In this document: one piece after another, positions 41,756 to 55,670 of the stretch
Position numbering within the stretch: position 1 is the first letter of the stretch
How the letters are laid out: each line of letters starts with the position of its first letter
NCBI GenBank assembly: GCA_964016885.1
Contig: OZ024747.1
Coordinates: 90,272,001-90,336,000, forward strand
Length of the DNA: 64,000 nt
Direction: 5' to 3'
Source: Eledone cirrhosa
Taxonomy: Eukaryota
Position numbers and translations under genes: made by a program
Notes under the pieces: model-generated
The model's input: the letters and a program-made list of their open reading frames with translations, nothing else
Database searches by the model: none
What the model was told of the DNA's origin: nothing

Positions 41756-44597
41756 ATCATCATCATCATCATCATCAACGTTTAACGTCCGTGTTCCACG
41801 CTTGCATGGGTTTGGACGGGGGTAGTCCCACTTGAGGCAAGAGTGATTGTCTTGCTCGCATAGGACTGTCTGGCAGGTTTTCTACAGTTGGATGCCCTTC
41901 CTAACACCAACCACATTTACAGTGTGGGTCTGGGAGGTTTTTACCGTGTTGCCTACACGGCCACATTACAGCGTGGACTGTGTGTTTTTTTGTCGTGACA
42001 CCTACACGATCTCATTTGTTTCGGCCCGGATGGCGCGGCACCAACATAACTTTACATAGGACGGGGTGGTGTGGATGGGGTGGGGGTGGTGGTGGTGGGA
42101 CGGGGTGTATTTTGTTAGAGATGCCTACTGGCAAGGCGGGTCTTCTCTGTTACTGAGTACCGCCAAAGGTCTCGGTCCAGTGACATTGTCTTGGAGAGGT
42201 GTAAGTGTGTGAGGTCGGAGTTTATCAGCTCGTCCCAGGTTTTTCTAGGTCTGCCTATTCCGTGGCTACCGTCTATCTTTATTGCCCTGCACTTTGTTAT
42301 ACAGCTATCGACTTTCATGCGCATCACGTGTCCATACCAACGTAGCCTTCTCTCGAGTAAACAACATCTGATCCCTCTTATCTCTAATTTTTTCCTTAGT
42401 TCGTTTATGCTTTGCCGTTCACGTATATTACTGTTACACATCCAGCGGAGCATGCAAGCTTCGTTCCTCTCTAGTCTGCGTATATCCTCTGCACACAATG
42501 CCCAGGTCTCACTGCCATGCAACATTGCTGTTCGTATGCAGGCATCGTACAACCTGCCTTTCATTTTTAGGGAGAACCCTTTAGCAGCTAATAGTGGTAT
42601 AAGCTCTCTGAACTTTTTCCAACCAGTTCTGACTCTAGCTACAGTACTTTCAGAGCACCCTCCCCCACTGCTGATTTTATCGCCCAGGTAACGGAAGCTG
42701 TCCACTATTTCTATAGAACCCTCTGCGCAATTGAAAGAGCTAGTATTGTGTGGGCACTTGCTGCTACTTATTGCACCAGAACACCGGCCACATGTAAAAT
42801 CTATGTTCTTAGTTAGCTTACCTGTGATCCCACTACATCTTTTATGCACCCATACTTTGCATTTAGGACACAAAATGGAGTTTCTACCTACGCCTTTCCT
42901 ACACACCGAGCACGACCATTTCCCAGAAGGGACCGCCGCCTTGTTTTCTTTCCTACAAACTAGAACTTTGGTCTTAGCCAGGTTAATTTTAAGTCCTTTT
43001 GACTCTAGGCCGTGCTTCCATGTTTGGAATTTCTTCTCTAGCTCGGCCATTGATTCCGCTATGAGTGTCAGGTCGTCTGCGTATAGGAGTTCCCATGGGC
43101 AGCCTGTCTTGAACTCCTCTGTTATAGCCTGAAGGGCAATAATAAATAGTAGGGGGCTGAGAACAGAGCCCTGATGGACGCCAACTTTTACGCTAAACTC
43201 TTCACTATATTCGTTGTTAATTCTAACCTTGCTGACTGTTTCTTTATACATGGCTTGTATAGCCCTCACAAGCCATTCGTCAACGCCTAGTTTTCTAAGA
43301 GCCCACCAGATAATGGAGCGGGGGACTCTGTCGAAGGCTTTCTCCAAGTCGACAAAAGCTAAGTAGAGGGGTTTACCTTTAGCTAGGTACTTCTCCTGTA
43401 GTTGTCGTACTATGAAAAGAGCGTCTGTGGTACTTTTGCCTGACACAAACCCGAACTGCATTTCATCTAGGTCAATTCTCTCTCTGATTAGTTGCGCTAT
43501 TACTTTTTCTGTGACCTTCATGACCTGGTCGATTAATTTAATGCCTCTATAGTTACTCCTATCTAGGGCGTCTCCTTTACCCTTATAACAGTTAACGATG
43601 ATGCTGCTATGCCAGTCCTTCGGAACAACCCCATTCTGTACGACTTGGTTAACTATGCGGGTGACCATGGTGTGTCCCACCGTGCCAGATGCCTTCAGCA
43701 TCTCAGCAACTATTTCCGAAGGCCCAGCCGCCTTACCTGTCTTCATATCCTTGATTGCCTTACTTATTATACTCCCCTCGACTAACACTGCTGGTCCCTC
43801 TATTGGGTCGACATGGGGGAGACTGTCTTTCTCCCATTTATTCTCCTCATTTAGTAGCCTTTCATAGTGACACTTCCAAGCTGCCTTCTTATCAGTGTCG
43901 GTGATGGCAAGTATGCCATCATCGTTAAGTACACACTTCTCCCCGACAATATCACGGTTTTCCTTGACGCATTGCCTAGCAATCCTGAACACCTCACGTT
44001 TTTGGTCATCGCGTTGTAGGACATGCTTGAACTTTCTTTCCTCAGCTTCCCTTCTTGCTAAGTACACTTCTCTCCTAGCTTCCCTCCTGGCCACTTGATA
44101 GTCTACTCTACTTCCCCCATCCCGCCATACTTTCCAAGCCTGCTTTTTGGCCTTAATTGACTCCTCCACCTTACTGTTCCACCACCATGTTACTCTCCTC
44201 CTGCCTACAGGCCTGCTCCAGCCACAGACTTCGTCTGTGGCCAACAGCAGGTTTGCTTTCAGAAATTCCCACTGTCCCTCTATATTGTCCGACTCTAAGT
44301 GTTCTTCCTTACTGTCGAAAGCATCAAGTAATATGTTTTGAAATTTATTTTTGGCTGTGGGGTCCTTTAGCTTCCATATTTTTCTCCTGAGGATAGTCCT
44401 CTTCTGCTGTCGAGTACGTCTCGACCTGACTATGAGGTCGCTAATTATCAGTCTATGTTGGGAGGTGCATTCTTCATGGGGGAGGGATTTAGTGTTTACA
44501 ACAGACACTCTGTCACGTCTTCTGGTAAGGATATAATCTACCTGGCTTGTGTGTTCCCCGGATCTATAGGTGATCAGGTGATTGTCACGTTTTTTTT

Positions 44598-44603
<6 letters not shown>
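41756..44603 (-). mobile_element. RTE LINE copy 2, 5'-truncated, inserted in (TA)n
   Basis: (ATC)n tail at 41756, 3' UTR homologous to copy 1, (TA)n on both sides. Confidence 0.93.
42115..44590 (-). CDS. 5'-truncated RTE LINE ORF (end of APE, RT, PHD finger)
   Basis: 797-aa ORF nearly identical to copy 1. The frame extends upstream to RDNHLITYRSGEHTSQVDYIL. Truncated at the element's own A-tract (poly-T 44590-44603). Confidence 0.94.
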
Positions 44604-44636
<33 letters not shown>

Positions 44637-44640
<4 letters not shown>

Positions 44641-45070
44641 CAGGTACACATACATATATGCACGCATCAGTTTAGCGGACGCTTATTATAACGCCGCTTT
44701 GTTCGTTTGTCAACAAACTGAACAGCCTGAATTTATGCCATACGGTGTTAAGGCAACCACGTCACCTTTTTGTTCAACACTGACACAGGAACGATGTACT
44801 AGTTTCAAGCTTGTTAGCTATCATCAGCACCGTTTACCCATCTGCCAGATAGTTGAACGTTCGAAAGTATATACTTTCCTTATGAAAATTAACGGCTGAG
44901 CAGCCTAATTTGCATATTGAGTGAGTTAAATCGGTCAGGCATACCGAAAACGATAAGTTGAAAAAAAAATGAAAACGAAATTTCATTTCTCACTCTTAGT
45001 ATGGCACTTACTTAAATGTAAGTATGTATGTATACGTACATACATATATGTATACAGACGTACAGTAGCA

Positions 45071-45114
<44 letters not shown>

Positions 45115-45473
45115 CAGGTACACATACATATATGCACGCATCAGTTTAGCGGACGCTTATTATAACGCCGCTTTGTTCATTTGTCAACAAAAAAAAAAAA
45201 AAAAAAAAAAGGTGACGTGGTTGCCTTAACACCGTATGGCATAAATTCAGGCTGTTCAGTTTGTTGACAAACGAACAAAGCGGCGTTATAATAAGCGTCC
45301 GCTAAACTGATGCGTGCATATATGTATGTGTACCTGTATGTATATATATATATATATGCATGCTACTGTACGTCTGTATACATATATGTATGTACGTATA
45401 CATACATACTTACATTTAAGTAAGTGCCATACTAAGAGTGAGAAATGAAATTTCGTTTTCATTTTTTTTTCAA

Positions 45474-45476
<3 letters not shown>
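44637..45476. mobile_element. Retrozyme-like element R1, locus 2: tandem (474-bp period) + inverted copy
   Basis: CATACAGGTACAC at 44637 and 45111; 45211-45476 is inverted. A further piece lies at 41691-41755 on the other side of LINE copy 2. Confidence 0.8.
44791..44833 (-). ncRNA. Type I hammerhead ribozyme, family R1 (second locus)
   Basis: Minus strand ACGGTG-CTGATGA-TAGCT(AACA)AGCTT-GAAA-CTAG-TA-CATCGT. Changes are confined to N7, loop 2 and a G.U wobble. Confidence 0.86.
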
Positions 45477-45548
<72 letters not shown>

Positions 45549-45551
<3 letters not shown>

Positions 45552-45822
45552 CACACAGCTTAGTGGTTAGAGCATTAGCCTTGCAATCGAAAGGTTGTGA
45601 GTTCAATTCTCAGACCAGTTTACTCAGCTGTAGAAATGAGATGATAGGGACTGGGGTCCATATCATTCCACTGCAAAGTGGTTGTGGTGGTGCCACGGCA
45701 AAAAAGCACCCACCACTCACTGTAAATGAGGTTGGTGTTAGGAAGGGCATCCAGCTGTAGAAATCAAGCCAGAATCAGTTCCTGTCCAAGCAGGGAAAAG
45801 CGGACGTAAAATGAAATGATGA

Positions 45823-45824
<2 letters not shown>
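45549..45824 (+). mobile_element. SINE family B (internally deleted) in (TA)n
   Basis: Homology to 26444-26783. Confidence 0.8.
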
Positions 45825-45868
<44 letters not shown>

Positions 45869-46042
45869 TAAATCATGTCCCTAGAATTATTAGATAAAAT
45901 ATATACAATTTCCTCTCCCATATTATTACTATATATATATATATATATATAGTAATAATAATAAAGATGAAGGTTAAAATCCGAAGAGGGCTCGATAAGG
46001 ATGATATATATATATAAATATATAAAAACCATAGAGCAAATA

Positions 46043-46090
46043 TTCAGAAGATCCCTTTAAGGTTGAAAGCAGCGATTCTTTGCTTAAACT
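46043..46090 (+). ncRNA. Decayed hammerhead-like motif, family R3
   Basis: CAGAAGA-TCCCTTTAAGGTT-GAAA-GCAGCGATTCTTTGC-TT-AAACT. Stem I 5' arm truncated. Confidence 0.5.
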
Positions 46091-48088
46091 TTAATCTGTT
46101 ATTTTAATTTATATATATATATAGAGAGAGAGAGAGGGAGAGAGAGTTTACAGTGCTGAGACCGGGTAGACCACTAATCATAGGAGTACTCAATGCATAG
46201 GAGATACAGAGTAGGTATATGAGATGTAAAATCCTGTGATTTTACATCTCTCTTTCTCTCTCTCTCCTTCTTTCTCTCTCTGTCCCTCTCTCTTTCTCTC
46301 TCACTCTATAAATATATATATTGATTGATTGGAACCACTGTCCTCATAGACAGGCTGGGGATTGCATCTCACCTGGATTCACTCCAGCACTCTACAGAGT
46401 CCACCAGGTGTATTTTAATATGACAGAAGCAGTAGGGAGATTGTAATGTCTCTGTCACAACTGAAGAGTCAAAGATTGTTGTAGATATAATCCATCCTTG
46501 ATATTCTTATCAATGTCAGATTAAAAAGTGATGATCTGGTTAGTTGAAAGGACCCGGTTCCAGTGCAATTTCTTTGAAAATCTTTATAGTGAAGAACCAT
46601 GCAAGATGCTGCCACCACCACCACCACCATCATCAGCAACTTCATCATCATCACCATCATTATCATCACCGTTTAACGTCCATTTTCCATGTTAGCATGG
46701 GTTAGACAGATTGTCCCATTAGAGACAAGTTGGGTCAGGTGACTGTATCTTGCTCATATAAAACTGTTTCTGGCTAAGTTTCTATGCCTGGATGCCCTAT
46801 GGCAGGATGTCCTAATGCCAACCACATTTACAGAGAAATTAGTTAAACCAAGCTCATCACATCTATTAAAATAATAAAATTAACAATACTAAAAATTTAA
46901 TGTTAACATTTTTCATCATTGTATGCTACTGTAAAATACTAACATTAAAAATTTGAAGATCCATCCAACCTATGCTTGTATAAAAGCATCTACTTGATAT
47001 GGAAGACGAAATAAGGAAATGGCAAACCAAATGTGATGTGACAACTGAGTAAATTTATCTTTTATATCTAAGTAAGAAACTCTAAGGTAAACACAACAAA
47101 GATTGCTAAGCTAGCGGCAGTAACATCTAGAACAATCAATGATATCTGTGAAAGAAAGAATAAAGATGAAACAAAGCAATGTCTGAGAGTTTTAAATGCT
47201 AACAAAATAAAACAAAATTCAGAAGAATAAATTTAAGGTGTTTTCATTTATCCTTACTCTTTTCTCTATCTTTTAGGCTGTTGTTTACAATCTTATTCTA
47301 GTGTATTTTTATTCAACCTATTTTCTATGCATCAGAACAACATAAGTAATAAGGATTGGAAGAAAGCTCTTTGAATTTCTTCTACTCATTACATTCCTTA
47401 TCTATTGTACTTTTGCTGCTTCATCTACCTTTGTTGTTTACTTCACTAAAGAATATTTCCATTACTGACAACAGTCTCTTCATCAAAAGCCAGTATTTCC
47501 CTTGCTAATCTATTTAGGGAACTAAACTGGCTTGTGAATTTCTTTCATATGATATTTGCATTGTCTGACAGCTCGTTGTATATTCAAGTGCATTTTTGAT
47601 GCAGTTGATGCTGAGAATTGAGTACTTACATATATATTCTCCCCTAAACAAAGACACTGCTACTTCATAAGATATTCTAAGGTCATATATCAATCATTTA
47701 TATCTTATTTCTCTTTTATAAGGTTTTGAAATTTTACTTTTCTTTCTTTGAAAATGATAATATTTTGATATAGTTACATTACATAAATATAATGGTTTCT
47801 GGTCTAGGCAGAAGGCCAATAATTTAGCCAGAGGGAAAGTTGATTAAATCGACCCCATAAGGATGATAGGCAAAGCTAATCCCAGCAGGATTTGAACTCA
47901 TAATGTAAAGGGATATAACTATATGCCACAAAGCATGTTGTCCAATGCTGTACCGTTACTGCCAATCCACTGTCCTTTTGTTATATAACAATAATAACCA
48001 CTACACAAAAACATACACATATATCTATAATAATTGTATGGAAAGTCTCAGATTCACTTTTGCTGGTTTATTATATCTTAAACGATAT

Positions 48089-48276
48089 TGGTGGATTGGC
48101 AGTATCGGTAGAGGGTTGGACACCATGCTTTGCAGCATAGAGTTACGCCCCTTTATGGTCTGAGTTCAAACCCCACCAAGGTTAACTTTGCCTTTCATCC
48201 TTACGGGGTCGATGAAATAAAGTACCAGTAATGTACTGGGATAATTGCTGGCCTTGTGGCAAAAGTAGAAACAATT
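48089..48276 (+). mobile_element. SINE family A with TSD
   Basis: Homology to the exemplar. TTATATCTTAAACGATATTG is repeated on both sides. Confidence 0.88.
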
Positions 48277-48879
48277 ATATCTTAAACGATATTGTTTTTA
48301 TTCTTTTCAACAGTAATAAGATTAATCTTTGTTTAAAAAGAGGTAAAGTTGATTGAAAAAATACAAGTGTATTGCTGTTTTGTTTTAAATTGTATATGCT
48401 CTCATATTCAACACCAATTGGATGAAATACAACATTTTTTCTGTTCATAGAAAGATTAATGAACAAATGTGTTTATATTTGTAATAGTGTTTTCATTATA
48501 CATATACCAAAAAAAAAAATCAAAAAAAAATAGTAACATCTAGGACACTAGATATTTTTTGTAACATATTCAAGTTATCCAACTCTGCTGTTTGGTGTAT
48601 TATTTAGTTAAGTTCTCAAAGGAGCACTTATTTACGAAAATCGGGTTTATAGGTTTAAAACAACCATTTGATTTAAAAGCTCTAAACAGCTATTAGCTAT
48701 ATATATTTCCGTATCCAGGTGTAAGGCTTCTGAGGAAAATCCTAAGACCAAAACCAAATTTAGTCAATCTCTCCCCACTTTTTTCTTTGCATAGAATTGT
48801 TAAGTAGGTTTTAACATAAGGATTCCTTGTGATATTGTCTCCACTATTATAATCTTAGATAACTGTTGTGTATATTCCT

Positions 48880-49628
48880 GGTGGTGGTCGTCATCAACAT
48901 TGTCGTAGCAGTGGTTATAATGGTGGTGGTGGTGGTCGTAGCGGTAGTGGTGGTGGTCGTCGTAGTGGTGGTAGCGGTAGTGGTGGTCGTCATCAACATT
49001 GTCGTAGCAGTGGTTGTAATGGTGGTGGTGGTGGTCGTAGCGGTAGTGGTGGTGGTCGTCGTAGTGGTGGTAGCGGTAGTGGTGGTCGTCATCAACATTG
49101 TCGTAGCAGTGGTTGTAATGGTGGTGGTGGTGGTCGTAGCGGTAGTGGTGGTGGTCGTCGTAGTGGTGGTAGCGGTAGTGGTGGTCGTCATCAACATTGT
49201 CGTAGCAGTGGTTGTAATGGTGGGGGTGGTGGTGGTAGTGGTAGTGGTGGTAGCGGTAGTGGTGGTGGTCGTCAACATTGTCATAGCAGTGGTTGCAATG
49301 GTGGTGGTGGTGGTAGTGGTGGTGGTGGCAGTAGTGGTGGTGGTCGTCAACATTGTCATAGCAGTGGTTGCAATGGTGGTGGTGGTGGTAGTGGTGGTGG
49401 TGGCAGTAGTGGTGGTGGTCGTCAACATTGTCATAGCAGTGGTTGCAATGGTGGTGGTGGTGGTGGTAGTGGTGGTGGCAGTAGTGGTGGTGGTTGTCAA
49501 CATTGTCATAGCAGTGGTTGCAATGGTGGTGGTGGTGGTAGTGGTGGTGGTGGCAGTAGTGGTGGTGGTCGTCAACATTGTCATAGCAGTGGTTGCAATG
49601 GTGGTGGTGGTGGTAGTGGTGGTGGTGG
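48880..49628. repeat. GGT-based minisatellite, periods 99,99,99,81,75,75,75,75
   Basis: CAACATTG at 48895, 48994, 49093, 49192, 49273, 49348, 49423, 49498 and 49573. Confidence 0.93.
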
Positions 49629-51318
49629 AGTTAATAAATATGAGAAACCTTTTATACATTTCTTATTTCTATCAAACCCTGCAGAATATATGAGAGAAGT
49701 ACATTGAAACAGAAGTTGAATGTAGTGTAGTCATATTTGCCAAACTAGAATTATTGATTGATAGAGAATTATGGTTATTCAGGTTTACTGACTATATTGG
49801 TCACAATAGTAAGAAATACATTGTTAAAAAGCCTTGATGCATACGAGTTAATCCATTCATTGGTGGATAGAAGCATCTAAAACTGACCAATAATATTTGA
49901 TGCCAACTGAAGGGATCAGTTCACAAGACTATCAACTTAATATTGGCAATAGTTAGAAAATGAGATGAGATAAGAAATGACAGGGAATTTTCAGTCAATC
50001 TTTATCACTTATGAGCAGCTGACCAATAATTCTTCTTTCTATCATGTTGTTTGAACAATTCTTTTAGATTATAAAGATGGTTTAGTTATTCAAAGGAAAG
50101 AGTGAACTAAACAGTTTAGATATATTTGCTTTTGGCAGTCTGTCAACAGCCTTGTCTTGGGTAAAGTCAGGTTTTTTCAAGTGTGAAGAAGCAAGCTAGT
50201 TTGACTAAATTGCATGCAAACTTAGTGAAAGACAAGATGATGCAGCATGCAATAAATCTTGTGTAATATCACAAAATAACAATATTTTTAGCTAACGTCT
50301 TTTCCTAATGTTTGTTCTGAACATTTCACTTCCAACACAAACACCAAACACAGTAAGTTTAAAGTATAAGCAGACACACATTAAGAATCTACATTGTTAT
50401 AAATAATAGTTTTAACAGAACTTGTAATTGCTTCTTTAGCTTTCAAACCTAAAGCAAAAATGTTGATTTTATAAGAACTCAATTTGAATGCTGAGAAGAC
50501 CAAAAGTTTGTGAGTTCAAATCTCTCATCTCTCTATGTAGAAAACTCATTACCTAAGGGAATGAATAGTAGCTGTTCATATTAAAAAGACAGATATTAGT
50601 CTGGGAAAATGGAGGTTACTATGACTAAAGTAAATGAATGACATTAGGCTAAATTGACTTTGTCCCTAGAGGTTAAAAGTGTAATAGATCATTAACTTAA
50701 ATTGGCAAAGATTTAGTTAAGTTATCTCTGTGTTATGTTCGACAATAATTACCAAAGATGAAATTTTTCAAATTTATAAGGAAATAAATAAGTCATATAT
50801 TCCAAGGCTTTAACTATTCATATCCTACATATTCAAAAATTATTATCTGAAGGACCACTATTTCTATGAAATGGTGTACACTACTGAGTCAGATATATGT
50901 ATACTACCTATTAAAGTACTGTCCAGTGATAGACAAGTTTAAAATGTAGGAATGCGGCTGGAGAAAAGGAATATAAACTATTTATTTTATTCATACCTCT
51001 AAACAAGATAGCTTCTATGACACTATATTATGGCTTACACCAGAATAAAAGAAAGTCAGTGTTAGAAGGAGTTGCCATTAAGTGTTGTCTGTCTCTCTAT
51101 GAAGAATCTAGCTGTGAGTCATATATCTAAGATAAAACCCCTGTAAGTAACACATCTGTTCATTCCATTCGATGATACCAGTTATATAATAAAAGAAGAG
51201 GGGATACAGAATTATAATCTTTCTAATGGTATAAATCTCTATAATTTAAGATTTGATCAAATCCCTGGACCCTTATTTAGAAATAAGTTATCTCTTGAAG
51301 TAACTTTTCAACCTGTAA

Positions 51319-51635
51319 TAGGTAAAGACTCCCTTTGGTCATGAATGACCCTGGGATTTGCACCTAGAAAGTTCCCTTTTAAGGCACAAGTCTGGGAAAA
51401 TTTGTTTGTGGAAGACAGCAGTCGCCCATGCGTACCAGTCTCTCCTCGCCATGTCACCAATGTTGCCCAAGGGAAAAGCAATGGCTGATACAGCTTGGCA
51501 CCAGTGATGCTGCAACCCATTTCTATAGCTGAGTAAACTGGAGTAATGCGAAATAAAGAGTCTTGCTCAAGGACACAACGTATCATCTGATCCAAGTATC
51601 AAACTCACATTCTCATGATTGCAAGCCCAACACTG
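51319..51635 (-). mobile_element. CORE-type SINE family C
   Basis: Same head/CORE with a different tail. Homologous to 56655-56994. Confidence 0.75.
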
Positions 51636-54600
51636 TGCCTGCTGATAAATAGCAATGTCAATACATAGTAAAAGCAATTTTAGAGGGTCTTAAGCCTCTC
51701 TGTTAAGTGTTACTGACACTTTTATAGTGAATCTTTAATCAAGACAGACACAGGGTAATATGAAATGTCTATAGAAATAAATATGCATGGTAATTGGATA
51801 GAAGCAGGATTGTAACTCAAGATGCAAGAACACTGACTTTAACCCATTTAGATTTCATAAATAAAATATCAGACTAGAGGACAGTGCATTGACAGAATTG
51901 TTAGAGTGTCAGACTTGTGGTATTTGCTCCAGCTTTTTCCATTCTGAGTTCAAATCATGCCGTGGTTTACTTGGGTAATAGACTTACTCTGATTCTTGGT
52001 TTAACACAACCATCTGGACCTTAGCTGCCACTAGCAGATTCCTTGCTATTGTAAGTATTTGGGTCAGGTCTCTGGTTTGTGGATACTTTTCTTCCCCTAT
52101 TCTTCTGCCCTTCAATCCGACAAAGTGATAAAAAAAAAATGCCACAAGTGTAATAAGTATAAGTAGGTCAGGATGTAGGTAAGTTGGCTTTGCTCTAGTT
52201 GCTATAATATCTACAGCCAAAACATGGGCTGTTTGTTTAAATGTGTCAAGCTCAGGTCTATTACCTATGTTTGGCACAAGATACATTGATCTTCTTGCAT
52301 CATCTACTGAGTTACAAAATAGTAATCTAACCTTTTATTAGTTGGAAAAATCTAAAATTATTTTGAAACTGCTCTCTCAATACAATTTTATCTAAACTAT
52401 ACTAAAATAAATTAGAAGTGAAATAAAAATAGGAAAAAATATTCAATACAATTTCTTTTACTGACCAATATTTAAAGATTGCTTTCAATTAATGTTTCAC
52501 CATAATGACACCCTTGGAATGGATATAGAAAATAGTGAAAATATCATCACTAAAGCTGTATTACTGTTAGATCATAGTAGTCAAGCAGAAATAGTCATGC
52601 TTGGATAGCAATGAGAAAAGTACTATAACCGTCAAAGTTAGCAGTTAGTTCTGCCTTCTATTTTATGCAACATAAAATGACTATCAACCGAGGAATTATA
52701 GTTATGATTCAAGTTGAGAACTTTTAACAATTCTTTCTTCTTATGTTTCCATTTTTTTTTTTTTCTGTCATTTAAAAAATTTTTTTTTTTTTACAATATC
52801 CAGTATTTTCTTAGTGATCCAAAGTGATTTTTATTGGAATTCAATAACAAATTCTATTTTCCAATTTTATATATTTTTGGTTGAATAAAAATATGTCTGG
52901 TAATCATGAAAGTTTGGCAAAATAAATAGATATAACAAAAATAGACGAATATCTTTTAGGAGAGATCTATGAATGAAAAAGAAATTACATCTGAAGAAAT
53001 ATAAGTTGTCTATTTTCATATTATAGACAGCATGAGAGACTGTCAAGTATACTTAGAATTTCTATCCACTAAAACGACAGAAAAGTTTACAGCATAAACT
53101 GAATAGAATGAAAAAAAAAAAAACAACTATAAATGAACCGAAATAAGCTGTAATGTATATTAAAATAAATATATTTTAAATTGATATACATCTTTTCTGT
53201 TTAATTAACATTATTGTTCAAGTGAAAAATATCAGTAACAGTGTGTCTACTGTTCACAGCCTTCCCCAGCATCAACACATTCTCATACTTTGGCTAATCA
53301 AACATATTTGTCACCACTAAATAAATATCAAATATAGTATGCTTATTTTCATCCTTCCTATTTTAAAATCTTCCTTTTTTATCAACTAGGATAAAAACTC
53401 ACGTATGTTTATATTGTCATCATAGTGGACTTAGACTGAACTTTGGATCTTTAAATGATAAATAAATTGTTATATTTGCTTGTTTGAATTTCTTTAGGTG
53501 TGTAGGTAGAGGAAGCATTTTAAAATATTATAAAAAATAAAATTCTTTTCAAACTTTTCCTTATATGAATTTAAAAAAATGAAGTTGGGAGAGTTAAGTA
53601 CAGAAATAATCCTATTAGTCTCGTTAAATAGCAAAACATTTTTCATGGTGAAAAAAAAAAGAGAGAAATTTAAGAAAGTTAAAGTAAAAATGAAAAATAA
53701 AAAAAAAAATTGAAATAAATTGTAATGACGATTTTGCAATTATTCCCTAAAGCCATAGCAGTCTTCTAGATTTTCCCAGACATTCCCCCTGCATCTGTAA
53801 GAATTCAATGAATATAGTTCGAAAGAGCAGTTGAAGCATATAAGAAGACATGTATTTGTAAAAGATGTACTTGCTCTGCACAGTGATGTATGTAACTAGG
53901 TATGCAATAAATCATCTATTGTTTCATTGCTGCTGTTACTGCTGCTGTTGCTGTTAGTTCTCTTGGCCGTGTGGGTATCAATTCTTCACTGTGCATCTTG
54001 TCATTTAACAAATAGTGCAGTCAAGTGTAGTGATTAACAGTTACTTGTTCTGCTGGGAGAGCTATTGATTAAGTATCAAAGCAGTCAAGAGAAGGGCATT
54101 GAAATGAAGATAAACATAATTACAAAATCTAAATAAAATGCATGGTCAATTCAAAGGTGAACCTTAAATAGGAGACTCAAGTTCGATTTTAGTGTAACTT
54201 ACCTGTTCAGGGATTTAAATTTGCTGAGTAGTTGCAAAGCACTGGACTGGAATTGAAATGCTAGAAGCAATTATAGAAAGGCCAAAAGTTCAGGTAACAA
54301 ATAACTGTTCAGCTTATCAATAACAAGAATGATATTAGAACCTTACTCATAGAATCTCTGTAACGGGTTATTATTTAAAATGTGTGTTTACTACTAAGTG
54401 TCAAGAAGATAAGGTATATAATGGGAAAAGAGATAAAGTGAGGTGAGGTGTTAAAAGATGAGATAAGAACCACTAGAAAGGAAAAAAGAAAGGATTATGA
54501 GGTAAAGAATGAAAGGGAATAGATAAAAGATAAAAAGTGATAAGAAAATGCAAAGGAGTGTCAGAAGTGATAGAAAGTGTCAGAGAAAGGTAAAAAATCC

Positions 54601-54699
54601 ATTAGGGAGAACACTAAAAGAAGAATTTATATTAGGAATAAAGACTATAGAAACTGTTTTTCTTAACTTTTTAGTCTGATTGGTTCTAAGTATTGAATA

Positions 54700-55670
54700 T
54701 TTATATGATATAATATAATATAACATAACATAATATAATATATAATATAATTTAATATAAAATATAATATAATATATCATCATCATCATTGTTAACATAA
54801 TATAATATAACATAATATAAGGTATAATATATAAATCTAAATCTAAATAAAATGTATATAACAATATAAATATCAATATAATATAATATAACATAATATA
54901 ATATAATATAATATAATATAATTGTTTCTACTTTTGGCACAAGGCCAGCAACTACCCAGTACGTTACTGGTACTTTATTTTATCGACCCCCCATAAGGAT
55001 GAAAGGCAAAGTTAACTTCAGCGGGATTTGAACTCAGATCATAATATAATATAATATATCATCATCATCATCATCAACATAATATAATATAATGTAATAT
55101 AATATAAAAAATATATCTATCTAAATATAAATAAATATTTATATAATATGACAATATAAATATCAATATAATATAAATATGTTAATATATTATAACATAC
55201 TATAATATAATATAACATAATATAATATAATATAATTATTTCTATTTTTGGCACAAGGCCAGCAATTATCCCAGTGTATTACTGGTACTTTATTTTATCG
55301 ACCCTGTAAAAGCAAAGTTAACCTCGGTGGGATTTGAACTCATAATATAATATAATATAAAATATATATATCTAAATATAAATAAATATTTATATAATAT
55401 AACAATATAAATATCAATATAATATAAATATGTTAATATATTATAATATAGTATAATATAATAATGATATAATATGACAATATAATAATTGTTTCTACTT
55501 TAGGCTCAAGGCCAGAAATTACCCAGTGCATTACTGGTACTTTATTTTAGCGACCCCGTAAGGATGAAAGGCAAAGTCAACCTCGTCGGGATTTGAACTT
55601 AGATTGTAAAGGGACGTAACTATGCTGGAAAGCATGGCGTCCGACCCTCTACCGATACTGCCAATCCACC
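54700..55670 (-). repeat. Tandem triplication of SINE A 3' half plus (AATAT)n spacer
   Basis: SINE tails at 54920, 55234 and 55487, each preceded by the same AT-rich block. Confidence 0.75.

Noticed and set aside
38019-44390. Antisense ORFs overlapping the LINE ORFs
   Set aside because: Shadow frames of the RT coding strand.
48868-49707. Gly/His/Cys-rich repeat ORF (GGGRQHCHSSGCN) resembling a structural protein
   Set aside because: GGT-based minisatellite open in several frames on both strands. No ATG start (the track used GTG), signal peptide or clear splice sites.
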